Source: Thermoplasmata archaeon
Lineage (GTDB): Archaea; Thermoplasmatota; Thermoplasmata; Lutacidiplasmatales; UBA184
DNA length: 64,000 nucleotides
Assembly (NCBI GenBank): GCA_022750155.1
Contig: JAKIWG010000002.1
Coordinates: 20,947 to 84,946 of the forward strand
Reading direction: 5' to 3'
Shown here: piece after piece, positions 39,501-48,354 of the stretch
Position numbering within the stretch: position 1 is the stretch's first letter
Layout: each line of letters begins with the position of its first letter
The notes under the pieces: generated by a model
What the model saw: the letters and a program-made list of their open reading frames with translations, nothing else
The model's database searches: none
What the model was told of the DNA's origin: nothing
Position numbers and translations under genes: made by a program

Positions 39501-40865
39501 GGCAGCCACACCGTCACGGCGAGTTTCCCGGCTCCGCTCGCCTTCGTCGGGTTCGAGGCGACCTCCAACCTGACGTTGGTGACGTCCCCCTTCGCGACGA
39601 CGGTGAACGTGCAGGGCGCCGGCACCGTCTACGCGATCTCGACCTGGCCGATCGCGCTCAGCGTGAAGGCCAACGTGACCGGGGGCCGCGCGCCGCTCCC
39701 CGTCTCGTTCTCGAGCGGCGTGGCGGGAGCGAGGGCTCCCTGGACGATCACGTGGAACTTCAATGACGGATCGACCCCGGTGATCGGCGCGTTCGCGAAC
39801 CACACGTTCGCCGTCGCCGGATTCTACAACGTGACGACCACGGTGATGGATTCGGTCGGCGGGAGCGGTTCGATGGTGACGCTGATCAAGGTCCTCCCTC
39901 CGGCCCTCACCGCGCTCGCCGTCGCCAACGTCACGAGCGGGATCGCCCCCCTCACCGTCTCGTTCGTCGGGCACGGGTCGAGCGGCGTCCCGCCCTACAC
40001 CTACAACTGGACCTTCGGAGATGGTAGCGCGAAGGTCATCCAGCAGAACGCCACCCACACGTTCACCAATCCCGGGACGTTCACCGTCAACTTCTACCTC
40101 AATGACAGCGCGCGCCAGCACGTGGTCTTCCCCATGATGATCGTGGCCAGCTCCTCGCTGACCGCTTCGATCGCGGCGTCCCCTCTCTCCGGGGCGGCGC
40201 CGCTCGTCGTGAAATTCCAGGGGGTCGCCCACAAGGGGACCTCGCCGTACACGTACGCCTGGGCGTTCGGGGACGGCGTCGACGCGTCGGGCGCGAACGT
40301 GAGCTACACCTACCGGGTCGCCGGTACCTACAACGTCTCCTTACTGGTCAACGACCGGTTCGGGAGCCTCGCGAGCTCTAGCGTCGAAGTGAACGTCACC
40401 CCGCAGTTCTTCCCGCTCTCGGTCTCGATCGTCGAGTCTTCGGGGAACGTCACGCTCGGAAAATCCGTGACGATCCGCGCCGATGCCACCGGCGGCACCC
40501 CGCCGTACACCTACCTATGGGGAGGCCTGCCCCCGGGTTGTACCGGGGCCGGCGTCTCCTTCACGTGCACCCCGACGGCCAACGGCACCTACCAGCCGAA
40601 CGTCACGGTGGGCGACAGCGCTCCGGGGGACTCGGCCTCGACCACGGTCCAGCTCATCGTCTACAAGTCGCCTTCCACGGGACCCGGCGGCCCGGGCTCC
40701 ACCCCCACCTCGATCACGAGCGCGTCGTCCCTTGCGTGGGTCCCCTATGTGGCGATCGCCGTCCTGATCGGAGCGGGCGTCGTCGCGTTCGCGATGTACC
40801 GGCGACGGCCCCCCTCCTCGGCCGAGGGGGGCTCCGACGACGCGCCCGACCCGGGCGCAGAGTAG
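36549..40865 (+). CDS. Giant surface glycoprotein (1438 aa) with C-terminal PKD repeats and a C-terminal TM anchor
   Basis: Signal/TM at the N-terminus (VAIVLIFLLSVL), very dense N-x-S/T sequons, and four PKD-like repeats (..PLTVSF..G..PYTY.W.FGDGS). It ends with the TM helix AWVPYVAIAVLIGAGVVAFAMY plus RRRP. Confidence 0.75.
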   Translation: MSREPPRRIGWPRWGPVAIVLIFLLSVLPMPSGFLANGPGLTPAREHPVAAPAAPRAGSHVLSHPLPNQPAPVFHGLAQGAYRSNGVTPASWGGSKLPPGAPIPRNLLSHPANWSDPNGSGINWTALAKFCYGVWPTGGGQAQYLANCYGHDEPGLDPYSNLPGSGGNVSWNITLPTGRNDTEIQSALYSAIWFGMVLTDPYAWMDQCFLELQFYPDSSWGLSQGSAGNWVGAAVAWQIEAATGAEDPCFYQQLTVQGSSNYFNMFGGDNIRVTMTGWIGSPYGENLTITDVTGGGTSFVNLYNSALYYPLDPSYLTSSFPNALQWTPGGELPVSFAFETGHSNSNFPNTNQYGGCSAGPPPPTPTNPSVPCPSYDPGSWANDTVTPWLIQPPVFFNATARETATQVGFTQDFAAILFIDGISNGACLGRDGSAWCSYPWYSFSCLWNAFEFGATDYPGVTRDFGKYNEYPRPFLTDSANLGYYPPGNFSVPGCASPTYSIVIGALGGSGAGTARLLGTGTTTSSNVTGLTVGQYALSAEPSPGYRLIHWVTTGGASVDFTNSPWASLNVTGNGSVTAVFGPITAGTVTIHFVDERGWGWQAIGPGLLYDPVPSTKSLGVNGSITLLPGVYSILGYAKPGFNFTAWQSNNSGASVAADGFPYTWLVVTGSTSVVRINVTFTPSFANASVTISWFGATGAVTFNGQSVGNGAGFSLAVGTYPLVATPSSGNAVGYISAGGIGIVLDQHDATNVTVEAGFVSIVVMFDLAATVTVATAGGDGNVSIDGLPFAGNHSAVVLPAIFAPGEFTLYATEPTGKAFSRWTVANPADLWVVNPNAAVTAIWVNTSSTLTAHYVPAASLYPVVIRISPAGSGSVSLDGGPWTTTSPWFLNLSAGAHLLEVTPGSMYVASWTSAGGLTHSAPPSVYPVGAQLLGVGTKPGWLNGTFTRPSGVYFPVTIVAEDATGKVKIDGVARPNGGTIVLLPGSHTVTASFPAPLAFVGFEATSNLTLVTSPFATTVNVQGAGTVYAISTWPIALSVKANVTGGRAPLPVSFSSGVAGARAPWTITWNFNDGSTPVIGAFANHTFAVAGFYNVTTTVMDSVGGSGSMVTLIKVLPPALTALAVANVTSGIAPLTVSFVGHGSSGVPPYTYNWTFGDGSAKVIQQNATHTFTNPGTFTVNFYLNDSARQHVVFPMMIVASSSLTASIAASPLSGAAPLVVKFQGVAHKGTSPYTYAWAFGDGVDASGANVSYTYRVAGTYNVSLLVNDRFGSLASSSVEVNVTPQFFPLSVSIVESSGNVTLGKSVTIRADATGGTPPYTYLWGGLPPGCTGAGVSFTCTPTANGTYQPNVTVGDSAPGDSASTTVQLIVYKSPSTGPGGPGSTPTSITSASSLAWVPYVAIAVLIGAGVVAFAMYRRRPPSSAEGGSDDAPDPGAE

Positions 40866-40872
40866 CGACGGT

Positions 40873-41556
40873 TCAGTCGGAATCGTCGCGGCGCTCGCGC
40901 CGCCTTGGGGGTCCCCGGCGGTCGCTGAACCCACCACGGCTCGGAGGGCGGCCGGAGCTTCGGAACCCGCCGGGTCGCCCTCGACCGTAGGAGGAGAATC
41001 CCCGGCTGCCGCCCCGCTCCCCGCGTCCGCCATCCGGCGAGCGTCGGGGGAGCGTGAAGCGGTTACCGCAGGAGTCGCAGATCCCCGTCACGCCCCCATC
41101 TTCGTTGGTCTCGAATCGCAGGGGTCCGCCGCACTCCCGGCACGGTCGGGCCCGCTCAGCCCCTCCGCCGCGGCGGTCGCCGCCCCGGTCGTCGTCGCGC
41201 GGACGGGCCCGGAACGCCGGTCGCTCCTCGCGCTCGGTGACCTCTTCCGGGGCGCCCGTGCGCTGGAGCTTGAAGACGAAAGTACGGTCGCAGACGTCAC
41301 ATTCCGCGGAGATCGCCCCGCGTCCCTTGAGCGAGAGCTCCGTCGCGGAGCCGCACTCCGGGCACTTGACCTCGATCGAGGGGGGCATGGAACCCTCCTC
41401 CGCGGAGACCGCGGGAGCCTCGGCCACCAGGGGGGGGCCGCCGGCGGAAAGGATCAGGATGGTGTGCTGGCAGCCCGAGCAGGTTCCCGTCTGCATCTGG
41501 GCGGCGGTGGGCACGAACTCGACTTGGGCGCCGCATTCCGGGCAACTCTTCTCCAT
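40873..41556 (-). CDS. Zinc-ribbon (x3) protein with an RGG/RG-rich disordered C-terminal tail
   Basis: CPECG...CSGC, CPECG...CDVC and CRECG...CDSCG ribbons, then GGRGERGGSRGFSSYGRGRPGGFRSSGRPPSRGGFSDRRG. Confidence 0.55.
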   Translation of the reverse strand: MEKSCPECGAQVEFVPTAAQMQTGTCSGCQHTILILSAGGPPLVAEAPAVSAEEGSMPPSIEVKCPECGSATELSLKGRGAISAECDVCDRTFVFKLQRTGAPEEVTEREERPAFRARPRDDDRGGDRRGGGAERARPCRECGGPLRFETNEDGGVTGICDSCGNRFTLPRRSPDGGRGERGGSRGFSSYGRGRPGGFRSSGRPPSRGGFSDRRGPPRRRERRDDSD

Positions 41557-41659
41557 GGGGGACCGGTAACCTGCGACCCGCGCCCCTACATTAGGAGCGC
41601 GCTCCGGCGACGGGGTCGCGGTTTTCCCGGGGACGTCCCGTGCTATCCCGGGCCTCGCC

Positions 41660-42553
41660 TCACGCCTCGAGCTCGAAAACCGCGTGGAGGATCCCGAACT
41701 CCTCCTCCATTCGGCGTCGCAGTTCGCGGACGACGGTCATGGAGGCCTGGACGCTCTGCTCGCTGACCCGGACGTGCGCGGTCATGCAGACCAGCGTCGG
41801 ACACACCGCCCAGACGTGCACGTCGTGCACCTCCTGGACCGAAGGGACCGCGCGCACGCTGTCCATGATCCGGGCGACGGAAAGATGCCTCGGCACCGAC
41901 TCGGTCAGCACCTCCCAGGTCCCGCGGAACAGGGGGAACGACTCGTAGACCAGGATGCCGGCGATCACGAGGGCGGCCCCGGCGTCGGCCGAGAGGTATC
42001 CGGGTCGAAGTAGCAGGACTAACCCGTCGGCGATGAGCGCGCCGGTGATCAGCAGGTCGCTCGCGAGGTGGACGATCACGCTGCGGAGGTTGAGGTCCTG
42101 GACCCTTCGCGGGACCCGGCCGAGGACCGCGAGGCTGACCGCCCGCAGCCCGAGGGTCGGGGCGGCGGCGAACAGGATCCACCACGGGTCTACGGCCCCG
42201 GCGAAGGAGGTGCCGGAACGCAACGCGACGACGGCGGTGAAGGCGAACACGAGGCCGGTTCCCAGCACGAGCGCCCCGTTGAAGAATCCCGCGAACACCT
42301 CGAAACGATGGGCCCCGAACGTGAGCTCGCGGTCGGCCCCCCGCTCGGTCGCGGCGAGGGCGGAGTAGGAGACCGCGAACGCCAGCAGGTCGGGGAGGTT
42401 GTGGACGGCGTCGACGGTCAGGGAGAGGCTGCGCGAGAACAGCGCCCCGATGGATTCGACCACCAGGATCCCGAAGGAGAGGACCACCGCGAGCCGGAGC
42501 CCGCGGATCACGCTCTCCTCGGCTTCGTCCTCGCCGTGGGTCAGCCGAGCCAC
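41660..42553 (-). CDS. Cation diffusion facilitator (CDF) family transporter
   Basis: 6 TM helices, HxxxD in TM helices, and a C-terminal cytoplasmic domain HDVHVWAV. Confidence 0.8.
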   Translation of the reverse strand: MARLTHGEDEAEESVIRGLRLAVVLSFGILVVESIGALFSRSLSLTVDAVHNLPDLLAFAVSYSALAATERGADRELTFGAHRFEVFAGFFNGALVLGTGLVFAFTAVVALRSGTSFAGAVDPWWILFAAAPTLGLRAVSLAVLGRVPRRVQDLNLRSVIVHLASDLLITGALIADGLVLLLRPGYLSADAGAALVIAGILVYESFPLFRGTWEVLTESVPRHLSVARIMDSVRAVPSVQEVHDVHVWAVCPTLVCMTAHVRVSEQSVQASMTVVRELRRRMEEEFGILHAVFELEA

Positions 42554-42995
42554 TCGCTCTCCCCGGGGAATCGACGGGTTCGTACGGGGCAGATCCGCCG
42601 GGCCGGGCGCCCCATCCTAGGGGGTCGCGATGCGCGCCCCCGCGACGCAGCGAGTTCCCTCATCAGATGGGGCGCACCTGGGGCTCTGGCCACGGGCTCC
42701 GGAAGTCGGGCGCCACCTTGAGGATGCCCCCGACCCCTCGGAGGCCGGGTGAATCCGGACCAAAGGGCGCTCGACCCTTCGATGAGGCAGGGGCATCCTG
42801 CGGGAGGGCCCCACGGCGCCATCGAGATCGCGACCCTCGGAGGGTCGGGCTCCGGCGGACGCACCGTTCGACCTGCCGTGATGCCCCCGATTCCAATCCC
42901 CGCCGAATCTCGGGGCCCGCATCGCGGCCGCCACAGAACGAAGGAAGAGGTTCGGCGGCGGGGGAGCGATCGCCCTCCCGCCGTCGGGCGAGCGC

Positions 42996-43952
42996 CTACG
43001 CGATGGTGATCGATTGGAGCGTAGCACCGTTCCCTAGCGTGGCCATGTTGACGGTCGCGACCGAGGTCCCGGCCCACGGATGAAGGAGGTTCAGCTGGTC
43101 GGCGAACGCATACGTGTAGAGGTACAGGCTGATGACCAACACGTAGTGGTGGCTCTTGACCATGTACGACCCGTTGGTCCACGACGTGAACGGGGTGGCG
43201 CCGTTCCATGTGAACGCGTTGAATCCGACCGCGTTGTAGCCATACTGGAAGGCGTAGCCGGAGGAACCGGTGGTGTTCGAGCAGGTGGGGGTCCCGTAGT
43301 TGTAGCAGTCGGTGTAGTTCTGCCAGTAGGAGTCGTTGTACGCGTACAACGAGCTCCCGTTGGTGGAGTACCAGGTGTTGTTGTTCAGGTCCTGCAGGTA
43401 CAGGTACATCGAGAAGTCGAGGTAGGCTCCGTCCTGGCAATAGCCGTACGAGTACGAGTTCAACGACGGATTGAAGTTCACGCTCTTCGCCGGGCAGCCA
43501 CCGGTCGTGAACGAATCGAGCGTCGCGAGGTTGAGGGTCCAGCTCGAGCTGATCGAGTGGTTCCCGTTCTTGGAGACCGTGAAGGGAATGGCGATCAGGA
43601 GCCCGCTCTGCGCCGAGGCGGAGGAGGAGCCCCCGACGTAGCTAAGCGACTTGCCGCAGGCCGACGCCGAGGCGGAGTCGACGGCGGAGAGGCCGCCGGT
43701 CGTCGGGCTCCACTTCGGGACGTTGACCTTCGACTTGCCGCACCCGGAGGTAGACGAGGACGAGCTCGGCTGGCTCACGGTGTGCTTGTAGGCGGGCGTC
43801 ATGACCTTGAGGGCATGCACGGCCCCGGCGCCGGCCGGGGCGAGTACCATCAGCAGGGTGACGGCGGCAGCGAACCCGGTGGTTCCGACGGCCATCGCTC
43901 GACCCGACCAAGAGCCCTGGGTTCGTCGCGTGTCTTTCCCGTACTCTCCCAT
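42996..43952 (-). CDS. Secreted Cys-, Tyr- and Asn-rich protein, hypothetical
   Basis: Signal peptide MAVGTTGFAAAVTLLMVLAPAGAGA, paired cysteines and many N-glycosylation sequons. Confidence 0.5.
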   Translation of the reverse strand: MGEYGKDTRRTQGSWSGRAMAVGTTGFAAAVTLLMVLAPAGAGAVHALKVMTPAYKHTVSQPSSSSSTSGCGKSKVNVPKWSPTTGGLSAVDSASASACGKSLSYVGGSSSASAQSGLLIAIPFTVSKNGNHSISSSWTLNLATLDSFTTGGCPAKSVNFNPSLNSYSYGYCQDGAYLDFSMYLYLQDLNNNTWYSTNGSSLYAYNDSYWQNYTDCYNYGTPTCSNTTGSSGYAFQYGYNAVGFNAFTWNGATPFTSWTNGSYMVKSHHYVLVISLYLYTYAFADQLNLLHPWAGTSVATVNMATLGNGATLQSITIA

Positions 43953-44091
43953 ATGTATTCTTTCCGGCCTCGAGGTCGACTGCGGCCATCGGCCGAAGGC
44001 CCTTGAGGCGAAGCGGCGAACCGAGTGGGGGTATTTAGCCCTGGGACCAGTCGACTCGGACCGCAGCGGACCCGTGAGCCGGTTCCGTCGG

Positions 44092-45033
44092 TCAAGGTCT
44101 CCCCGTCGATCGCCGTACCGAGGACCGAACGGGGCGGCGAAATGCCCAGCGAAGGAACAGGTGGCTTCCGCCCCTGCGGACCCCGACGAGCGAACCCCAA
44201 CGCGGGTGATCCGGGGCAAATATCCGTCCGGCGACGAGGCCCGGCCGTCCGAGGGGATCCGTGCGTCCCGCGACCTGGGGGGCCAGCGTGAGAAACAGCT
44301 CGTCCAGCAGCTCCTCGGCGAAAAAGTCCCCCATGAGGTGGGGTCCGCCCTCCACCAGAACGAGCCCCCGGATACCGGTCGCCCTGACGGCGCCGAGCAC
44401 CGCGGAGGCTGGAATCCGACCGGAGCGCTGCACGGGCGCGACCTCGACCGACGGGAGATCCTCCGCCCTTCCCAATTTCCTTGCCCCCGAGGTGGTCGTT
44501 ACGATGAGCACGGGGGCTTCACCGCTCGCAAAGACGGGGAGTCGAAGGTCGAGCTCCCCGCTGGACGACACGAACACGTTGAGGGGAACGGGAGGCTTTC
44601 CCGCGCGCCGCCGGAGCTCGTCGTACTCCCAGGCCAACTTCGGATAGACGTGGGAGGCGCTCCAGATGTGCCGCGGGACGGCGCGAAGTGTGCCGGCCCC
44701 GACGACCACCGCGTCTGCCGAGGCGCGAAGGATTCCCATCAGGATCCGGTCCCGCGGGTCGAACCCCGTGATCTCGCCGCCGCTCGATCGCCCGGGCCCC
44801 AGGAGGGCGGTGACACCGTCGAGGGTGGTGGCGAAGTTGGCGATGACGAATGCCGGGGAGCCACTCTTTCGGAGACGCAGGGGGCCGTACACCTCGGAGA
44901 GCCGTCGGGGCAGGTCGACGAGCGGACCTCTCGTGTGATCGAAGAGAAGCTCGAGTCGGGCGAGGCGGGTCAATGGACACCGTTCCGAGGAGTGGGTCGA
45001 TTCGGCCGGCGAGTGCGCCGGTGTTGAGCACAT
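44092..45033 (-). CDS. RibD C-terminal domain / dihydrofolate-reductase-like reductase (candidate for an archaeal riboflavin pathway pyrimidine reductase)
   Basis: DHFR-like fold: ...FVIANFATTLDGV... and GG..L...F..ELLDEL.L..AP. Confidence 0.6.
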   Translation of the reverse strand: MCSTPAHSPAESTHSSERCPLTRLARLELLFDHTRGPLVDLPRRLSEVYGPLRLRKSGSPAFVIANFATTLDGVTALLGPGRSSGGEITGFDPRDRILMGILRASADAVVVGAGTLRAVPRHIWSASHVYPKLAWEYDELRRRAGKPPVPLNVFVSSSGELDLRLPVFASGEAPVLIVTTTSGARKLGRAEDLPSVEVAPVQRSGRIPASAVLGAVRATGIRGLVLVEGGPHLMGDFFAEELLDELFLTLAPQVAGRTDPLGRPGLVAGRIFAPDHPRWGSLVGVRRGGSHLFLRWAFRRPVRSSVRRSTGRP

Positions 45034-45352
45034 CGGGTCATTCGAAGAGCGTCTGGGGAAGTGGCCCGGCCGTATTACGGCAGGGCTCCCAGTTCAGCCC
45101 CTTCCGTAGCCCGGAATGACCGGCGCCTCCCCCGTCGCGTAACCCGTGAGCGGGCGTCCGGCTCGACGGGGCGACGCGGCGGCCGACTCTGGATGACCGA
45201 CACCTTCCCCCGCGTTACAGCGTCCGCGCGATCGGGTCGCCCTGCGCCGTACCACGCGCGCGGTCGGATCGCACCTAGCGCGCGAGGAATCCGGTCGGGG
45301 TGGGAACGCAGCGAATGTCGAGCAGCCATTATGTACGTCGACCGGCTGGTCG

Positions 45353-45820
45353 ATGCCCATGAAGGGTCCGCCAGGCTGGGCGTACAAGGCCTTAGGTATC
45401 CTCACGGGAGTGACGTTGCTCCTCCTCGTAACCCAGTACCTGCTCGGCCTTTGGACCGCTGCATATGCGCCGGCCACTTTCACCAGCGACACGACGTTTC
45501 CATCCCTCGACTGGCACTACAATATCGGGTTCATCCTCGGCCTCCTCTCGATCGCGGTGATCATCGTCGCCGCGCTCAGCCGACAGGTTCGCCTCATCGT
45601 ACCGGCCGTGGTCCTCTTCGTGGCGGTGTTGCTTGCGGGGATGTTCGGTTCCCGATTCGTGGGAACCACTCCCAACGACCCGCGATTCGCTTTCGCGATG
45701 GGCGTGATGTTCCTGGTGGCCTTCGGAGCCGCGATGGGACTCGCGGGTCAGCTCGCCCGGAGGCGCTGGCCTTCGTCGGGTCCAACGTCCCCCGCCGGGG
45801 CCCCGGTCCCATCCAGTTAG
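45353..45820 (+). CDS. Hypothetical 4-TM membrane protein
   Basis: Four hydrophobic helices and no junk composition. Confidence 0.45.
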   Translation: MPMKGPPGWAYKALGILTGVTLLLLVTQYLLGLWTAAYAPATFTSDTTFPSLDWHYNIGFILGLLSIAVIIVAALSRQVRLIVPAVVLFVAVLLAGMFGSRFVGTTPNDPRFAFAMGVMFLVAFGAAMGLAGQLARRRWPSSGPTSPAGAPVPSS

Positions 45821-46128
45821 TCCCCTAGTGAGGGGCGTCGTTCACATTCGGCGTGCAAACCCTGGTTCGTCCCGGGTTCGGGCATCCCCCGGAGCTTCTC
45901 TGTCGGCCCGGCTTGAGTGAAGACGTAACGAGGAACCCCCGCGGCAACCCGTTCGGGGTGATCGACCGAAAGGACTCGAGGGTGGAAAGCGTGCCCGGCA
46001 GAGGCGAGCGGTCCCCGATTTGGGGGGTGGTACCGCCGGATCTCGAGCGCTGCTCGAATCCGGTAGGGGGAACACTCCTCGCCGCGACGCAGCCACTACT
46101 TTTAAGGCCCCAAGCCCGTGCCGCGTCC

Positions 46129-46911
46129 ATGCGACTGGTCAGCTTGGGCCTACTGGGAACCATCGGCGTGCTCCTCCTCGCCATACTGCCCGCAGCGGGC
46201 GCCGCCGCACCCCTCAGCGGTGTGGTCACGACGTGCAGCTCGACCTGGAGCTGCCAGTTCACCTTCAATACCTCGGCGGGCACGGGCTGGGCCCACGGCG
46301 TCGGGAACGCGGGCTACGGCAGGGCCGGAGTGATTTCTCTCCAGCTCCCGGGCGAGTCGAAGGCCTCGTACAATCTGAGCTACAACACCTGGATCGGCAG
46401 CCTGATCGGCACCTACACCTATTGGACCGAGGGGCAGTTCTTCGGCACCGACGTGAACACGGGGTACGTCGTCTTCGGCAATACCAACACGAACTACACG
46501 ATCACCTGCCACGGCCACAGCGGCCACGGCGGGGGATGCACCTACACGTACACCACGGACAATGGCACGATCGTCGTCCGCTTCACGCACGCCGAGCAGA
46601 CCATGACCTCTCTGTCCTGCTCTCCGACCAGCATCAACGTGGCCGGCAAGACGACCTGCACCGCCACCGTGACGAACCTCTGGAACAGCACGAACTACCC
46701 CGCGGGGAAGATTCACTTCGCGAGTTCGGGCGGAGGAAAGTTCTCGAACATGGGGACGTGTACTCTCTCCTCCAACGGCACCTGCACGTTCACTTGGCAT
46801 CCGTCCGATAATACCTGCAGCTTCTCGACCCTCTCTGCGACCTACGGAGGGACCGCCAAGTTCTACCACAGCAGCGGATCGACGCTCGAGGGCGTCACCG
46901 GCGGTTGCTAG
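46129..46911 (+). CDS. Secreted protein with an Ig-like (Big) domain, hypothetical
   Basis: Signal peptide MRLVSLGLLGTIGVLLLAILPAAGAA, Cys pairs and N-glycosylation sequons; the internal ATG is taken as the start. Confidence 0.5.
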   Translation: MRLVSLGLLGTIGVLLLAILPAAGAAAPLSGVVTTCSSTWSCQFTFNTSAGTGWAHGVGNAGYGRAGVISLQLPGESKASYNLSYNTWIGSLIGTYTYWTEGQFFGTDVNTGYVVFGNTNTNYTITCHGHSGHGGGCTYTYTTDNGTIVVRFTHAEQTMTSLSCSPTSINVAGKTTCTATVTNLWNSTNYPAGKIHFASSGGGKFSNMGTCTLSSNGTCTFTWHPSDNTCSFSTLSATYGGTAKFYHSSGSTLEGVTGGC

Positions 46912-47059
46912 GTACCCCATGGTCGCCCCCGCCTCCCCGTGAGGGGGGGGCCAGCCACGCCAAGCTTGCCACAGGGCCGCGCGCCCCTCGTCGCCGGTTC
47001 CTTCGTCCTCAGGCGACGTGCGTCGCTGGAACCTCGGCCGAGGTCGATTGCCTCGCCGA

Positions 47060-47107
47060 GAAAGAAGGGGGACGCCCGTGCCGGGAATCGCCCCAAATCT
47101 GAGACTC
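47060..47107. repeat. Degenerate direct repeat of the 3' half of tRNA-Arg (putative att remnant)
   Basis: 47060-47107 aligns at about 80% identity to 49576-49621, the acceptor 3' strand, T-arm and anticodon-stem 3' strand of the tRNA (shared GAAAG..ACGCCCGTGC.GGGA.T.G..CCCA..TCTGAG.CTC). Confidence 0.5.
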
Positions 47108-47130
47108 GAGGGTTCGTTCTCGAGGACGAT

Positions 47131-47357
47131 TCAATCCTCCACCTCGCGTGGCCGATCCGCGACGGCGGCCCTTCCGTGGGCGATGAACCCGATCAAGTCC
47201 TTCGACGACTTTGGTCGATGTCGGCGAACTACCACTTCGCCCTCGCGCACCTCCCAAGCGAGGACGTCCCCCTCCTGGATGCCGACCTCATCTCGGACGG
47301 CCCTGGGGGCCACAGTAAGGTTTCCCTTGGAGACTTCGGACTCGCTGAGAACGGTGA
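47131..47357 (-). pseudogene. AbrB/SpoVT-domain (antitoxin-like) ORF with no canonical start; probably decayed
   Basis: Manual translation gives a full swapped-hairpin domain (VSKGNLTVAPRAVRDEVGIQEGDVLAWEVREGEVVVRR), but no in-frame ATG, GTG or TTG covers the N-terminal half. The track calls only the C-terminal 60 aa. Confidence 0.4.
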
Positions 47358-47509
47358 ACTACAGGAGGCCAACAATGAGTCCTGATCGTCACCAGGTCGC
47401 GCGGTTCTAACAGAGGGAAACGCCCGTGATGGGATTCCCTCCAATTCTAGGGTGTCGGGATTCGTTCATTAGAGACCGAGAGTGCGGATCACGGCCCCGG
47501 CCGCCGAAT

Positions 47510-47911
47510 TCAGATGGTGGTGACCCCCGGCAATCCGGCCAAGGCCGCATCACTGGTGTAGAGTTCGGCGCCAAAGCGGCGCGCAGTGGCGAGGATCTGT
47601 GCATCGGAGAGGTGCAGCCGGTGCGCGAGACTGAAATCCGCGGCCTCGAGGGCGATATCTCGGTCTATCGCAACCACCCGTGTTCGGTCTAAGGCGGCTA
47701 CGTCCCGAAGTGCGGTTTCCTCACCGAGCGCGCCTTTCACCCGCTTGTAGACCTCACACAAAACGACGACCGAGGTGATGATCGCCTGGACGTCCACCCG
47801 ATCAATCACCCGGTTGTAGTCAGGGGCCTTCGGCCCCCCCATGAACCGCTCGATCCACCCATAGCTGTCGATGCAGATGGGGTGCGCCGGTGCCCTATCA
47901 GAATCGGTCAT
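47510..47911 (-). CDS. vapC: PIN-domain toxin VapC
   Basis: ICIDSYGWIERF N-terminus with D...E...D...D acidic residues; 133 aa; overlaps vapB by 14 nt. Confidence 0.8.
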   Translation of the reverse strand: MTDSDRAPAHPICIDSYGWIERFMGGPKAPDYNRVIDRVDVQAIITSVVVLCEVYKRVKGALGEETALRDVAALDRTRVVAIDRDIALEAADFSLAHRLHLSDAQILATARRFGAELYTSDAALAGLPGVTTI

Positions 47912-48107
47912 TCTTGTCCCGGAGTTCCTTGAGCTCCACGCGCGCGTGCATCCCCTTTGTCTTCTCGAAAGGTGCGATCGGCACCAAGTGGAGCACCCCG
48001 TGCTTGACGATGACGGCGAGTTTGTCTCCGGGCCGAATGTGCTGTTCCCTACGTACTCGTTCGGGGATGACCACCTGGAACTTCGGCGAGACCGTGACCG
48101 CCTCCAT
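47898..48107 (-). CDS. vapB: AbrB/SpoVT-type antitoxin VapB
   Basis: SPKFQVVIPERVRREQHIRPGDKLAVIVKHGVLHLVPI swapped-hairpin domain. Confidence 0.75.
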   Translation of the reverse strand: MEAVTVSPKFQVVIPERVRREQHIRPGDKLAVIVKHGVLHLVPIAPFEKTKGMHARVELKELRDKNDRF

Positions 48108-48354
48108 GGATGCCGTATGAGTGGCATGACAGGCAGATGGATGATGATTTCGTCGTACGTATGGTCCATCGACAGCCTTGGCGAATTCCTGCCCGACCGC
48201 TTCGAAGTTCGTCCGAGGGAGGCCACTTCAGCCTGGGGAACCCATCTAGGAGGTGGGGGGCATTCACGAATCGGGCACATTGTCTACCCGGGGCAGCTGT
48301 TCCGCTATCGTTTCATCGTCTCAGCCGGAGGGTGAGTCGACCCCTTCCGGAGCC

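Noticed and set aside
42554-42995. Possible SRP RNA or RNase P RNA in the 440-nt gap upstream of the CDF gene
   Set aside because: I looked for the GGAAAGUCCGGGC (RNase P P4) and CCGGAAGGGAGCAA (SRP helix 8) cores on both strands. Only a weak CCGGAAG match is present, which is not enough.
45034-45352. FMN riboswitch upstream of the ribD-like reductase
   Set aside because: No conserved FMN-element sequence blocks, and the riboswitch class is not established in archaea.
47510-48280. 256-aa version of the vapC ORF
   Set aside because: The PIN domain needs only the last 133 codons. The upstream frame overlaps vapB in another frame and is Ser/Arg-rich junk.
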